64,000 nt of DNA from Macrostomum lignano (Eukaryota): contig NIVC01001861.1 in the NCBI GenBank assembly GCA_002269645.1, positions 164,840 through 228,839 on the forward strand, given 5' to 3'. The translations under genes and the position numbers were made by a program. The notes beneath the pieces were generated by a model. The model did no database searches. It saw only the letters and a program-made list of their open reading frames with translations, and was not told where the DNA came from. Numbering within the stretch: position 1 is the stretch's first letter; every line of letters begins with the position of its first letter. Below are positions 39,181 through 50,567 of the stretch, piece after piece.

Positions 39181-40725
39181 CTTGCGATACTTATGTAAAT
39201 TAAATTAAGTGAAAAGAAGAAGTAAGTTCCGATAAATTGCCACGCCGGGGTGGTTGATTTTCAGCCTTTTAATTTATTGAGTTTCTTTCAAAAGCGTGGG
39301 TAGACTCTGCTAAATTTAGGAAAATAAATGAGCTAAATATTTTCGAAGTAACTCATTCTTTCGATAACTCATTCTTCGCTTTAATTAAATTTTGATCGAA
39401 GTACCCGCAGTACATGTTATGTGTCTGGATGCACCGTCGTGTTGACTCTGCACCTTACATGGTACTTTAATAGCCGCGGAAAAGCACATGGGATTAGATC
39501 AACCGATTAAGCTTTCTTTGCTAGAGAGGAAGCGAAAATGTTAAATTTGTCATGAAACATTTTGTCATATGTAATTGTTGTTCACATTGTTTTTTATTTT
39601 ATATAAGATCAAAAGTTGTAAATACTCACAAGTGGCATTAGCTTTAGAATTATTGATTTAGAAAACTGCGGCATTTGTAGGTAAAGTCTTAATAAAGTCC
39701 TAAAGTCCTAGTTTGAATTTTGCTTCCGCAAGCATCTTTAACTGCATTCTATATTTAGACGTAATCAGACGTTGATCGTGGGTTGAATTTTAATATTCCA
39801 TGAACCTGCAGCACGTTCTTCTCAATGTACGCCCTCGCTGCATTGTGTGATCGCACTTACAATGATTTAGGTAACCCTTACATCTAAATGTAGTCTCGAC
39901 GACAGAATTCAACCTCTGTCAATGCATCCATGTATATAGAGTAAGCAATCGCCTTGGAAGCGATGACGCTGAGTGCACAAGCCAGAAAAGCGTAGTATAT
40001 AGTGTATTTTTATACACATCTATATTTTTTTCTAATTTTTAGCGACCCAAACCGGAAAATGTGCCAGACTCTAGAACTTTGCCTCCTATAACAGCTATAG
40101 CTTAGGCATGACTTCGTGCGGTCAATGTGAGCACTGTATGCGGTGCATTTACACTGAGCAAATATACGACTCCCCAATTGCTGAACTATGATAGCGGAGC
40201 AGTTGCCAATAATCCTGCCTGCATGGAGATTCGAGAGTTCAAGGCATGGAGATGTCCCCTGCCTACCTAACTACCTCACTATCCTGATTGCCTGTCGAGA
40301 AGAGAACGTAGGTTCACCTTTTTTTAGCTGAGCTGCCTGGTGTGTGTGCACTCTTGTCCAAGCTGTCAAGTTTGCTATCAAGCCATGCAGCCTGACAAGT
40401 TAGCAGACATGCGAATATAAGTTTATAATATATTGAATAGTATTGCACGTGTAGCAGTGGGCTTAAACACGAGAAATTTACCTTGGATTAAAACTTAAGC
40501 TATGGTATGCCTTTCTGAGGGAGCAACGTAGATAGCTAGCTAGATAGATAGCCACGTACAGGTAAATCTAACAAATCCATGTTAAATACGTTTGTAGACA
40601 GGAGCCTTGGAGACAAGTATTGAAATAATGAAAGATGACTGACAACCGATAAATTAAAAATATCCATATGCTAACATATTAATATCAAGGATGCTAATAT
40701 AAACCTACATATGTATACACAGGTC

Positions 40726-41300
40726 GGGGGGCATAGCCTGTAGTGTGGTCTGTCGCGGTGCTCTGGTGTGCCAGAGGCCCAGGCTCGATTCCAAGTGCAG
40801 TCACATTAATTTTGGCTTGATTGGAATCTCGGCTTGGCTCTGCTCGTGCAATTGACGGCCTTGAGGACCAACCCCCAAGGCACAGTGAAGTGTACATGCC
40901 TAACGATAAATAAAGTTAGGGCCGCTGTACACTCCTGTGTGAGTGTGTGCCTGTGCGTATGACTGCGCAAGTATCAGCGCTCTTGTATGCCACATCATCC
41001 ACGCCGAGTCGTACTGCCCACAGCCGGTGCAGGATCGATGCTGCTGCTGACGCTGCAGGCATCCTACCGGTGGGTGCAGGCCCGCACTCAGCGCATCGTC
41101 GATTGCCTGCTGGCTGACGCCGGCGCCCAGGATGCGGCCGGCGGCGTGGCGTTCGTTCGCGACCCGGCCCTGAGGCGCGCCCTGTGACGCTGTTGTATTT
41201 TGTTGTTGTTGTTGTCGTTGTGTGCCTGCTCAGGGGAGTGGGCGAAATGGGCTGTCAATGCCTCTCGACGGCTGTGTGACGCTGTCGCACGCCGCTAAAC
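40726..41300 (+). mobile_element. tRNA-derived SINE, family B, split by a LINE insertion
   Basis: Matches 955-1291 (reverse complement) from the head to TTGTATGCC (40991) and resumes at about 41227 (TGCTCAGGGGAGTGGGCGAAATGGGC...AATGCCTCTCG). Confidence 0.82.
40992..41217 (+). mobile_element. 5'-truncated non-LTR retrotransposon (LINE) 3' end
   Basis: GC-rich coding-like insert HIIHAESYCPQPVQD/(fs)LLLTLQASYRWVQARTQRIVDCLLADAGAQDAAGGVAFVRDPALRRAL*, then a (TGT)n tail; flanked by the 9-bp duplication TTGTATGCC/TTGTGTGCC. Resembles the post-RT 'GH..R' C-terminus of RTE-type LINEs (from memory). Confidence 0.65.
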
Positions 41301-43231
41301 ATTCTACTGAAGGACTGTGGCAACAGAACGAGGGCACGATTGAATTGGCTTAGCTTAGAATGTTTCTAAGACTCGGAATTTGACAAATATCTTTCAATGG
41401 CCGAGACAGGTCCTCTAAAGACAGCCTCTCGCTAGGGGTTGGCTCAAAAAAAAACGAAGAAAAGTCAAAGAGACTGAATAGTCTGACATCTGCGGTCTTC
41501 GTTCTATCCTTTCAAGTTTTTTTACTCAAAGTCGAAGAGGAAGAGAGAAAAAGAAGGGGCAGGAGAGCGTTCAGGGTCAGTCCGAGGTTCGGTCGGATAA
41601 AACACTCCTCGCCCAGGTGGCATCATATAGCTAGAGTAAAATTGGAGCACCTATCGTGACCGTGTGTAGAGCTGAGACAGAAAGTTGAGACCCCGGGCGC
41701 GCGGCTACTCAGATATTCGCTACTCAGATCTATAACAGTCTCCGCTCGATCCCAGCCGCCTTTGAGCACAGGGGAGAAACGAGAATTAAGGAAAAGGGAG
41801 AAGGGAGGGAGGGAGAGAGAGTTGCAGTGCGGGCTGCTTCATGCGGATCGAGGCCGGCAGATCACGCAACTGAGAGCGATCTGAGAGAAAAGCGGCTAAA
41901 AAGAAAGGATTGAAATTGGAGCCATTTACCCCTATAGCGACCACCGCCTCCGCCCTAGCAACCTTCTCTTCCCTTTTCTTCTTCTGCCTGAGGAGTCTTT
42001 GGCAATCCGAAGACAGACGGCAGGAAGACTCGGTAGCAAAAGACGCCATAAAAGACGAAGATTCCCTCACAGCGTGGATAGGCCTGTATGGCCTCTAAAA
42101 TTTAACTACCAAGTAAAACAAAAGGAAAGGGAAGGAATATTTCCTCCTCATAGCTACTACATCCATAAATGCAGGCACTCTAGGCTACCTTTTCAATTGG
42201 TATTAATTCTAAGAATTGTTCCCCTAAGCAGACGGCATCCCCTCCCCCAGTTCCCTGACCGATCCCTACAGCGAAGCGGGTGAGCAGATAATTCTCCCTT
42301 CTCCTCTCCCCTCCGTTGACCTATGCAAAAAAACGGTATTGAATCCCAGAGAGCCAATTTCTGGCCGCGCGGACGCTTTAAGTCCCCCCCAGGAGGCTTT
42401 CCAGACCTTTTTTAGAGTCTGTCTGAAATCGAAGCGCTGGCTCTGGTCCTCATCAGAGTGGGCATGAGCGCGGGGCAGGGGGGAGCGATATAATGCGCCT
42501 GAAATCCGATTTCGATCCTTTGCATTTTTGCCGACTCAATCGAGCCAAGCTCTGTGCTCTTCTCTGCTCTGACTGTCTAGCATTTTTTATCTCATTCTCG
42601 GGTCATTTTATTCCCGGGTCCTGCGCAAAAAACGGGCATTCAACATTTATGCTGTTTGGAAGACGGCAACAAAATGAAATTATCTGATAGCCATGGGGCA
42701 ACGCGTCAAGCAAATGCAGAATTAAATATTGTTGAGCACAATACGGCACTAATGATGGTAGGAGAGATGGCCGGCTTCTCCTAAATGCAATATTGATTGA
42801 CGGAACAAAATCACAGGGCACGCAGGGCCTGTTAAATTTGCAATTTCTCTTACCTTTGGGAATTCAATGCCTTGCCCAAACTTATAAAATTTCTATCTAG
42901 AAAAAAATAGAAGAAACCTTGGGCTAAAGACTCAAGCCTAGTATCGCGTTCCAAGGCGGATTCTGTCGCCTTAAAAGGCTTGCATTGACTTAAGCAAAGC
43001 TTTTAATTAAACCTAAGTATTTCCTCCGGCTGGTTCTGCGCCATCCCATCAGTGGAAGTCGTAGTTTATGATGCCTTGCAGTCTCATATTTGATTATAAT
43101 GATCTCTTTCAATGCGAGATCCGCAGTCTCAGAAAGCTTTACAATACATAAAATATATAGATACAGACCTTGCATGCAGAACTATAATCCTCTCTCAGTC
43201 TTCTCTCTTCTCTCAGCTTCGGTCCCTTTCC

Positions 43232-44040
43232 CCGTCACACCTGGAGCTTGTCTCCTTCTCCACCGTCACACCCGGAGCTTGTCTCCTTCTCCACCGTCAC
43301 ACCCGGAGCTTGTCTCCTTCTCCACCGTCACACCCGGAGCTTGTCTCCTTCTCCACCGTCACACCCGGAGCTTGTCTCCTTCTCCACCGTCACACCCGGA
43401 GCTTGTCTCCTTCTCCACCGTCACACCCGGAGCTTGTCTCCTCCACCGTCACACTCGGAGCTCGTCTCCTTCTCCACCGTCACACCCGGAGCTTGTCTCC
43501 TCCACCGTCACACTCGGAGCTCGTCTCCTTTTCCACCGTCACACCCGGAGCTTGTCTCCTCCACCGTCACACTCGGAGCTCGTCTCCTTCTCCACCGTCA
43601 CACCCGGAGCTTGTCTCCCTTTATACCTGTCACACCTGGAGCTTGTCTACCTCTCTACCTGTCACACCTGGAGCTTGTCTCCCTCTATACCTGTCACACC
43701 TGGATCTTGTCTCCCTCTCCCCCATCACACCTGGAGCTTGTCTTTTCTCTCCGTCACACCTGGAGCTTGTCTTTTTCTCTCCGTCACACCTGGAGCTTGT
43801 CTTCTTCTCTCCGTTACACCTGGAGCTTGCCTTCTTCTCTCCGTCACACCTGGAGCTTGTCTTCTTCTCTCCGTCACACCTGGAGCTTGTCTTTTCTCTC
43901 CGTTACACCTGGAGCTTGTCTTTTTCTCTCCGTCACACCTGGAGCTTGTCTTCTTCTCTCCGTTACACCTGGAGCTTGCCTTCTTCTCTCCGTCACACCT
44001 GGAGCTTTCCTTCTTCTCTCCGTCACACCTGGAGCTTGTC
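43232..44040. repeat. 31-bp pyrimidine-rich minisatellite
   Basis: Unit CCGTCACACCCGGAGCTTGTCTCCTTCTCCA with 28- and 30-bp variants. Confidence 0.95.
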
Positions 44041-45009
44041 CCTTTCTGCCCAAGTTCAGCAAAGAGGTTATTTTAAAATTGTTTTTTTATCAGTCTGAAA
44101 AAAATATTTTATGCTTAGATTCGTTTACAACGCTTGATTTGCTTACGGGTGTTAAAAATACATTGGAAAATAAAATTTTTGACCGTTGCAGCGAGCGGAG
44201 ATACCTGCGTATTTATAAAACCAGATATTTACCAACTTTACCCACTGCCTCTTCCCGCTTCGATCTTTCACTGGACCTCGAGTTCATTTTATGCCGGAGT
44301 TTTACTGCTTAGGAAACGCTAAAAAACAGTTAGAAATGAAACAAACAAACAAGAAACTGCTTTAGTTGTTCATCTTATACAGAACACTTTCACAGAATAA
44401 TTCATCCCGTTTAACAGTCAAAGGGTTTCCAACTTTATTAAAATTAACACTGAAACACGAGAAAGAAGAAATTAATGATTTAAACTAAACTTTCTGATTT
44501 TAATTTTGAGATACGTTGACTCTTTGTGCCAGATAAAAAGCATATACTGGTACAATGCAAAATAGACAGAGATTAGTAAGCAAAAGATTAGGTTCCTGTC
44601 TGATAACAAGTCCAAGAAGCTTATACGAACCAAATATTTAGTGTTCATAAACAAAAATAAACATAATTTCGCTTGCATGTTTTTATAAATGATGTATTCT
44701 ACTATTACAAGATTAATTCAGAAAAAAAATTATATTGACGTTGGTTGGATTGTCTGTTCACGGACTATTGTTCGCACTTCAAGAACGCTGCACGTTGAAA
44801 TTGTACAAATTTCACTTGATGGGCCGAATTTTTCTCAAAACATTATTTTACCGAGATAGGAAGTTGACATTAGTATAAAAGACTGTCAATCCGCAAAAAA
44901 GGTGAAGACATATTCCCTGAATTTTAATTCAGGGCTTTACCATAGACAAACTCGGAGGGAAAAAGGGAGGAAATAGATACGGTTGAAATTTCTTACCTTG
45001 CCTGCCTCA

Positions 45010-45302
45010 CTCCCCACACCTGGAGCTTGTCTCCCTCTCCCCCGTCACTCTTTGAGCTTGTCTTTCTCTCCCCCGTCACACCTGGGGCTTGTCTCCCTCT
45101 CCCCCGTCACACCTTGAGCTTGTCTCCCTCCTCTCCCCCATCACACCTGGAGCTTGTCTCCCTCTCCCCCATCACACCTGGAGCTTGTCTCCCTCCTCTC
45201 CCCCATCACACCTGGAGCTTGTCTCCCTCCTCTCCCTCATCACACCTGGAGCTTGTCTCCCTCTCCCCCGTCACACCTGGAGCTTGTCTACCTCTCCCCT
45301 CG
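45010..45302. repeat. Same-family minisatellite (CACACCTGGAGCTTGTCTCC core)
   Basis: Shares the core with 43232-44040; separated from it by about 960 bp of unrelated DNA. Confidence 0.9.
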
Positions 45303-45411
45303 CACCTTACACCTAGGAATAATTCCAGCCAGATTCGCACGATTTGGCGGTGCAGCATTGTACACAATTAGTCCGTTTACCGGTTGCCAGACAGCTGCAG
45401 GTGGCAGCCAA

Positions 45412-46145
45412 CTACCTGCCCAGCGTGTTCATAACCTCCGGCGTCTGCAGGATGCGCAGCAGGTCCGGCTGCAGCAGACAGCCGTCAACGAACTCCTCGT
45501 GGGAGATCTCGCAGTTCTTATCGGTGTCGAGTCGTCGAAAGAACTCCTCACAGACCTCGTCGGGTGTTTTGGTGAGTTGCACTCCACGGTCCCGCGCAGT
45601 CTGGAACACCGCGTGCATGATAGCCAGCACCTCCTCCCGAGAAATGCTCCGATCTTTATTACTGTCGAATAGTTCGAAGAATTGTTGCGCTTTTTTGCGC
45701 ACGGTCTCCAACGAGCTGTGCCGCTGGGCGACCATGTTGAGAAAGTCGGAGGTTCGACCAGTCGGCTGGGCGGCCTTGAACTCGGCGTAGAGCTGGCGAA
45801 TCTCCTGACCGCTGAGACGGCTGGCCTCAACTAAAAATGCCACCGACTGAGCGTCCAGTTCGAGCGGAGCAGCCATTTCTTCGGTCTCTTCTAGTAGCAG
45901 TAATGAGGAAATTTTTGAGGAAACTTTTAGGGAGCTTTTGAGAGTCTATAATCCCGGCTGTGCCATTGCCAACCAGTGCTGAAGGCTGTTCAGGGGTTAA
46001 ACACTCGCTGATCTCTCCTTCGCTAATTTAGGTAACGGTCTGTTCCCCTTTTTCACTTGTTACGCCCCTTAACCCCCCTCGCGCCCACCTCCTCCACCTT
46101 CCTCTCCCTGGCAATCTTCAGTCCAGCCGAGCCGCTGCTGCCCAT
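45412..46145 (-). CDS. Neuronal calcium sensor (NCS/neurocalcin)-like EF-hand protein with internal deletion; main exon 45890-45412, probable first exon 46145-46064 (MGSSGS...)
   Basis: NCS-type N-lobe start (RLSGQEIRQLYAEFKAAQPTG), EF3 loop DSNKDRSISREE, TPDEV.EEFFRRL, EF4 loop DTDKNCEISHEE, FVDGCLLQPDLLRILQ. Upstream ATG GGC AGC AGC GGC TCG gives a myristoylation consensus; donor C|GTAACA (46063) and acceptor CTACTAG (45891) are both phase 1. The first exon is less certain than the main exon. Confidence 0.8.
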
Positions 46146-46374
46146 GCAGCACAGCTGCTCATCTGGGGTAGGCCGGCCTGTACTCAGAATTGCACAACGC
46201 TGCCCCCCCTTCTGTCTCTCTCTTGTCGGATAGTTGCTAAGTGGACCAATGCAGTGCTAGCGGTCGGCGGGATTGGCCAAAGCAAAGCACTGTGCGGTTT
46301 TACTACTGCGGAGTTTGGATTTTGGTGTTTTTACTTAAGTTTCTTAACAATCTATGCAAGTTGTTGAGAGATTG

Positions 46375-47015
46375 AGGGTAGACAGGAGGGTAGACAGGAG
46401 GGTAGACAGGAGGGTAGACAGGAGGGTAGACAGGAGGGTAGACAGGAGGGTAGACAGGAGGGTAGACGGGAGGGTAGACGGGAGGGTAGACAGGAGGGTA
46501 GACGGGAGGGTAGACAGGAGGGTAGACAGGAGGGTAGACAGGAGGGTAGACAGGAGACAGCAGAGGGTAGAAAAGGAGACAGCGGAGGGTAGGCAGAAGA
46601 TAGCGGAGGGTAGAAAAGAAGACAGCGGAGGGTAGGCAGAAGATAGCGGAGGGTAGAAAAGAAGACAGCGGAGGGTAGGCAGAAGATAGCGGAGGGTGGA
46701 AAGGGGACAGTGGAGGGTAGACAGCAGGGGACAGCGAAGGGTAGACAGGAGACAACGGAGGGAGATAGCAGGGGACAGCGGAGGGTAGACAGGAGACAGT
46801 GGAGGGTAGACAGGGAACAGCGGAGGGTAGACAACAGGGAACAGCGGAGGGTAGACAACAGGGGACAGCGGAGGGTAGACAGGAGGGGAAAGTGGAGGGT
46901 ACGAGTAGAAAGGAGATAGCGGAGGGTATCCAAGAGACAGCGGAGGGTATCCAAGAGGCAGCGGAGGGTAGACAGGAGATACCGGAGGGTGGTCAGTAGA
47001 CAGCGGAGGGTAGAA
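46375..47015. repeat. Compound purine-rich satellite: (GGGTAGACAGGA)n 12-mer, then longer GCGGAGGGTAG units
   Basis: About 15 copies of the 12-mer at 46375-46555, then 21-23-bp derivatives. Confidence 0.92.
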
Positions 47016-47989
47016 AAATAATCTCTACTACGAGTGATCCAATTGACCTTAAAAAGCGCGAATGATTAAAAGATGTAAAAGGTGGCTTTCTATACTTAGT
47101 ATACAGTGCAGGGACTAAGACGCCTTGAAGCCGCAGAGGTGAGAAGACAGCTCATTTAATCAGAGAGCCCGTCTCCAACCGTCCATGTCTAATAGATTTA
47201 ACAGTTTTCTCATAATTTAGTTCAATGTACTATTTTAGCCTGCCTTCTGCAGAAGCAGAATGAAACAGATCTTATAAGCAGGTAGATTAACACGGCCTGG
47301 TATATGAGTCTGGGAAGCCTCATCTCTATAATAAATTGGGGTAGTTGCACAAAAGTGCACCCGAGAAGGAAGAGGCTTCCTTAGATAAGACTGAATGCAA
47401 CTGGGTATGGGGGTGCGTTGGGAAATATCCCTGATGCTGGGGAGAAAAAGAAGTGAGTTACATTCTTTCATCTGGGATAATAGTACTCCTCAAAATTCCA
47501 AACTGTTTATCCAAATTAGTCTGCCATCTTATTGAGTTCCCACGCAAGGTTTGGCAGGTGACGAGCTGCCGAAGACTCAAAGCTGGCAGGACTACTGTGG
47601 GAAATTTCTACATGTAGCAACGACAGTCGACCTGAGACAGGCAGTCAGGCAGGCTGGGTGCTGGCCCATTGTCTCGCTTTTCTCCGCATTCAGTCGGGCG
47701 TTTCCTGGGCGCTTTTCGCGCTTTTTTCTCTTTCTCTGTCTCTCAGGCCAAAGAGCTAAAAAAGAGAGGCAGGGAGAGGGGAGCCGGTTGAAAACAACAG
47801 ACGAAAGACGAGTGCAATGGGGAATATTGGCAGAGGAAAAATCAATAAGGCATGCATGGAGGGCCTTGCCTTTCTTTGACAAAACATGCGGTCTCTGCAC
47901 CCAGCCATGGTCCCTTTGTCAGAGCCGGCTGAAGGCAACTGGCTGACACCTGATAGTCCCGATCAATCCATTTCTCTGAGGCTAAGGTG

Positions 47990-48842
47990 CTCTGGGTGAT
48001 TCTGCCTGATAACTGAGTGATTCTGCCTGATAACTGAGTGATTCTGCCTGATAACTGAGTGATTCTGACTGATAACTGAGTGATTCTGCCTGATAACTGA
48101 GTGATTCTGACTGATAACTGAGTGATTCTGACTGATAACTGAGTGATTCTGCCTGATAACTGAGTGATTCTGCCTGATAACTGAGTGATTCTGACTGATA
48201 ACTGAGTGATTCTGACTGATAACTGAGTGATTCTGACTGATAACTGAGTGATTCTGACTGATAACTGAGTGATTCTGCCTGATAACTGAGTGATTCTGCC
48301 TGATAATTGAGTGATTCTGCCTTATAACTGAGTGATTCTGCCTGATAACTGAGTGATTCTGCCTGATAACTGAGTGATTCTGACTGATAACTGAGTGATT
48401 CTGACTGATAACTGAGTGATTCTGACTGATAACTGAGTGATTCTGCCTGATAATTGAGTGATTCTGACTGATAACTGAGTGATTCTGTCTGATAACTGAG
48501 TGATTCTGACTGATAACTGAGTGATTCTGTCTGATAACTGAGTGATTCTGACTGATAACTGAGTGATTCTGACTGATAACTGAGTGATTCTGCCTGATAA
48601 CTGAGTGATTCTGCCTGATAACTGAGTGATTCTGCCTGATAACTGAGTGATTCTGACTGATAACTGAGTGATTCTGACTGATAACTGAGTGATTCTGCCT
48701 GATAATTGAGTGATTCTGACTGATAACTGAGTGATTCTGTCTGATAACTGAGTGATTCTGACTGATAACTGAGTGATTCTGACTGATAACTGAGTGATTC
48801 TGACTGATAACTGAGTGATTCTGCCTGATAACTGAGTGATTC
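47990..48842. repeat. 21-bp minisatellite, about 40 copies
   Basis: Unit GTGATTCTG(A/C)CTGATAACTGA. Confidence 0.96.
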
Positions 48843-48854
48843 ACACCCAGTTTT

Positions 48855-48985
48855 ACACCCTGTGTGAGCCTGTATATGAGCGCGTGACTGCGTACGGCAT
48901 TGGCGTGCTTGTGTGTCCTCAGGAGTCAGCGAAATGGGCAGCTTTGCCGTCAGCGATGGATGCGGGACCATGATGTCGCTCACAG
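48855..48985 (+). mobile_element. Diverged 3' remnant of SINE family B
   Basis: CCTGTGTGAG...GACTGCG...CTCAGGAGTCAGCGAAATGGGCAG...ATGTCGCT aligns with the 3' part of the 955-1291 and 40726-41300 copies. Confidence 0.55.
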
Positions 48986-49269
48986 AGTATCTTGTATGTC
49001 ATTACCATCGATGGTCATGCTAGCTACTACTCTCTGCAGTAGTAGAAGATACTCCTCATCAATTAAATGTTACACCTTAAAATCAATCAAATCTCGAATA
49101 CTTAATGGGAGTATCTACCGCAGCTGAAAGAAGCAACAAACTCAAATTCGCGTTTTTTGTTGGTTATTGAAAAAGAAAATTTTATTGAATCCTTTTGAGT
49201 TGCATTTTGTAGAGCGTGTAGTTTGCGCAGAATTGCATTAGCTATCTATAGACGTACAGTAGCAACTAT

Positions 49270-49549
49270 GGTATGGCGCCGTGTGATTCCTGGCTCTTTC
49301 CCAAGGTGAAGCAGGTCCTCAAAGGATCCAGATTTGAAGACTTGGATGCCATCAAGGAGAGTGTGACAGGGGTACTGAGGGGCATCATGAAGGAGGGCTT
49401 CCAGGGCTGCATCAGGAGCCGGAACCAGCGATTGAGGCGATGTGTTGAAAGTGGCGGCAATTACTTTGAAGGCTGCAGTTGACTGAATTTGAAATTTGTT
49501 TCTGAAAGTTTTTGTAGCTAAATTCTCGTTACTTTTTGGCCACACCTCG
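49270..49549 (+). mobile_element. Mariner-family transposon remnant: transposase C-terminus and right TIR
   Basis: MAPCDSWLFPKVKQVLKGSRFEDLDAIKESVT..L..I...FQ.C......R...CV...G.YFEG matches the mariner (YSPD)LAPCDF.LF..LK..LKG.RF C-terminus; followed by TCTCGTTACTTTTTGGCCACACCTCG, a mariner-type TIR. No left end nearby. Confidence 0.88.
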
Positions 49550-49778
49550 CAGTAAAGGCTATTCGGTACGTAAACAAGCAGTTTATTATGTAACTTCGTA
49601 TATCTTGTGGCAGACTAACCCAAAAAATTCTACTCTAATTCATGGACAACAAAGTTAAAATGATCCGCTACATTTAGCAATTCGTCCGAAATGTATAGCT
49701 TTTTGCAGTCATTTTGAGCCTAGGGGCTGCTGACTCGATCCAGAGTGGCAGAACTCAAGACAACTGCTGCCCGAGTCT

Positions 49779-50180
49779 ATGGCCCAAAATTTTGACTGGT
49801 GAACAAAGACCTTAATCTTTGGAGCATTGAATCGACCTCGCATGTCTGCTAAAGGCTTACCATCGCTCTGTAACCTACAAATCAGCAAAAAACATTAGCG
49901 AGCTGGGAAGATGAAGATAGCAACGCTAGCAACGAAACGGCTTCAGACGAGCAGGGGACGAACCAAGAACATGGACAAAGATCAGTGATGAGATGCACAG
50001 CCTAGTCATCGAACCGGTCGGTATCGCGAAATGGACAAAGATTAACGTCAAGACAGTAATGTCAATTGCTTGCATTGCTTTGCGATAATAAGAATGAAAT
50101 CAAGATCCGAATAGAGGAAAATGTACTAAGTCAGTGCTCCAAAGATTAAGTCCCTGCTCACCTGTCAAAATTTTAGCCAT
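49779..50180. mobile_element. MITE-like remnant with imperfect ~50-bp inverted ends
   Basis: 49779-49830 ATGGCCCAAAATTTTGACTGGTGAACAAAGACCTTAATCTTTGGAGCATTGA versus reverse complement of 50131-50180 ATGGCTAAAATTTTGACAGGTGAGCAGGGACTTAATCTTTGGAGCACTGA. Confidence 0.6.
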
Positions 50181-50567
50181 TGGACAATAGATTTCACAAG
50201 GATTCGTTGTTGCGTAGTGTTACCTAAGTTTTACCATAGACAAAAGCGTTGAGAAAAAATCTGTCTAGAAAATTCCGATTAAGAAGAGCTAAGGAAGTTC
50301 GCGCTTGTCGGCACTCTCCGGTAGCATTTTTTAAACTGAATCAACCTTGGTAAAATCATTTACCAACTTTTTCAGCAAAAAACACGAGCCTTAAGTGAAC
50401 CCAATTGCACCATTAGCAACATTTTTACTTTAGTTGTCAAGCTGCAAAAATGCCCTAAAGCGAGAAAATCACAAGTTTACATGTACATGTATAAAATATC
50501 AGCACTTGGTCCCGCGTTACTGCTCATCCGCTTGCATAGCATGCTACTTTACCATTGTCCGAGTGTA

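Noticed and set aside
47235-47946. Retroelement-like ORF fragments
   Set aside because: No gag, protease, RT or integrase motif could be identified.
43090-48983. ORFs of 150-354 aa at 43090-44312, 46303-46954 and 47963-48983
   Set aside because: Pure tandem-repeat translations without unique coding flanks or splice support.
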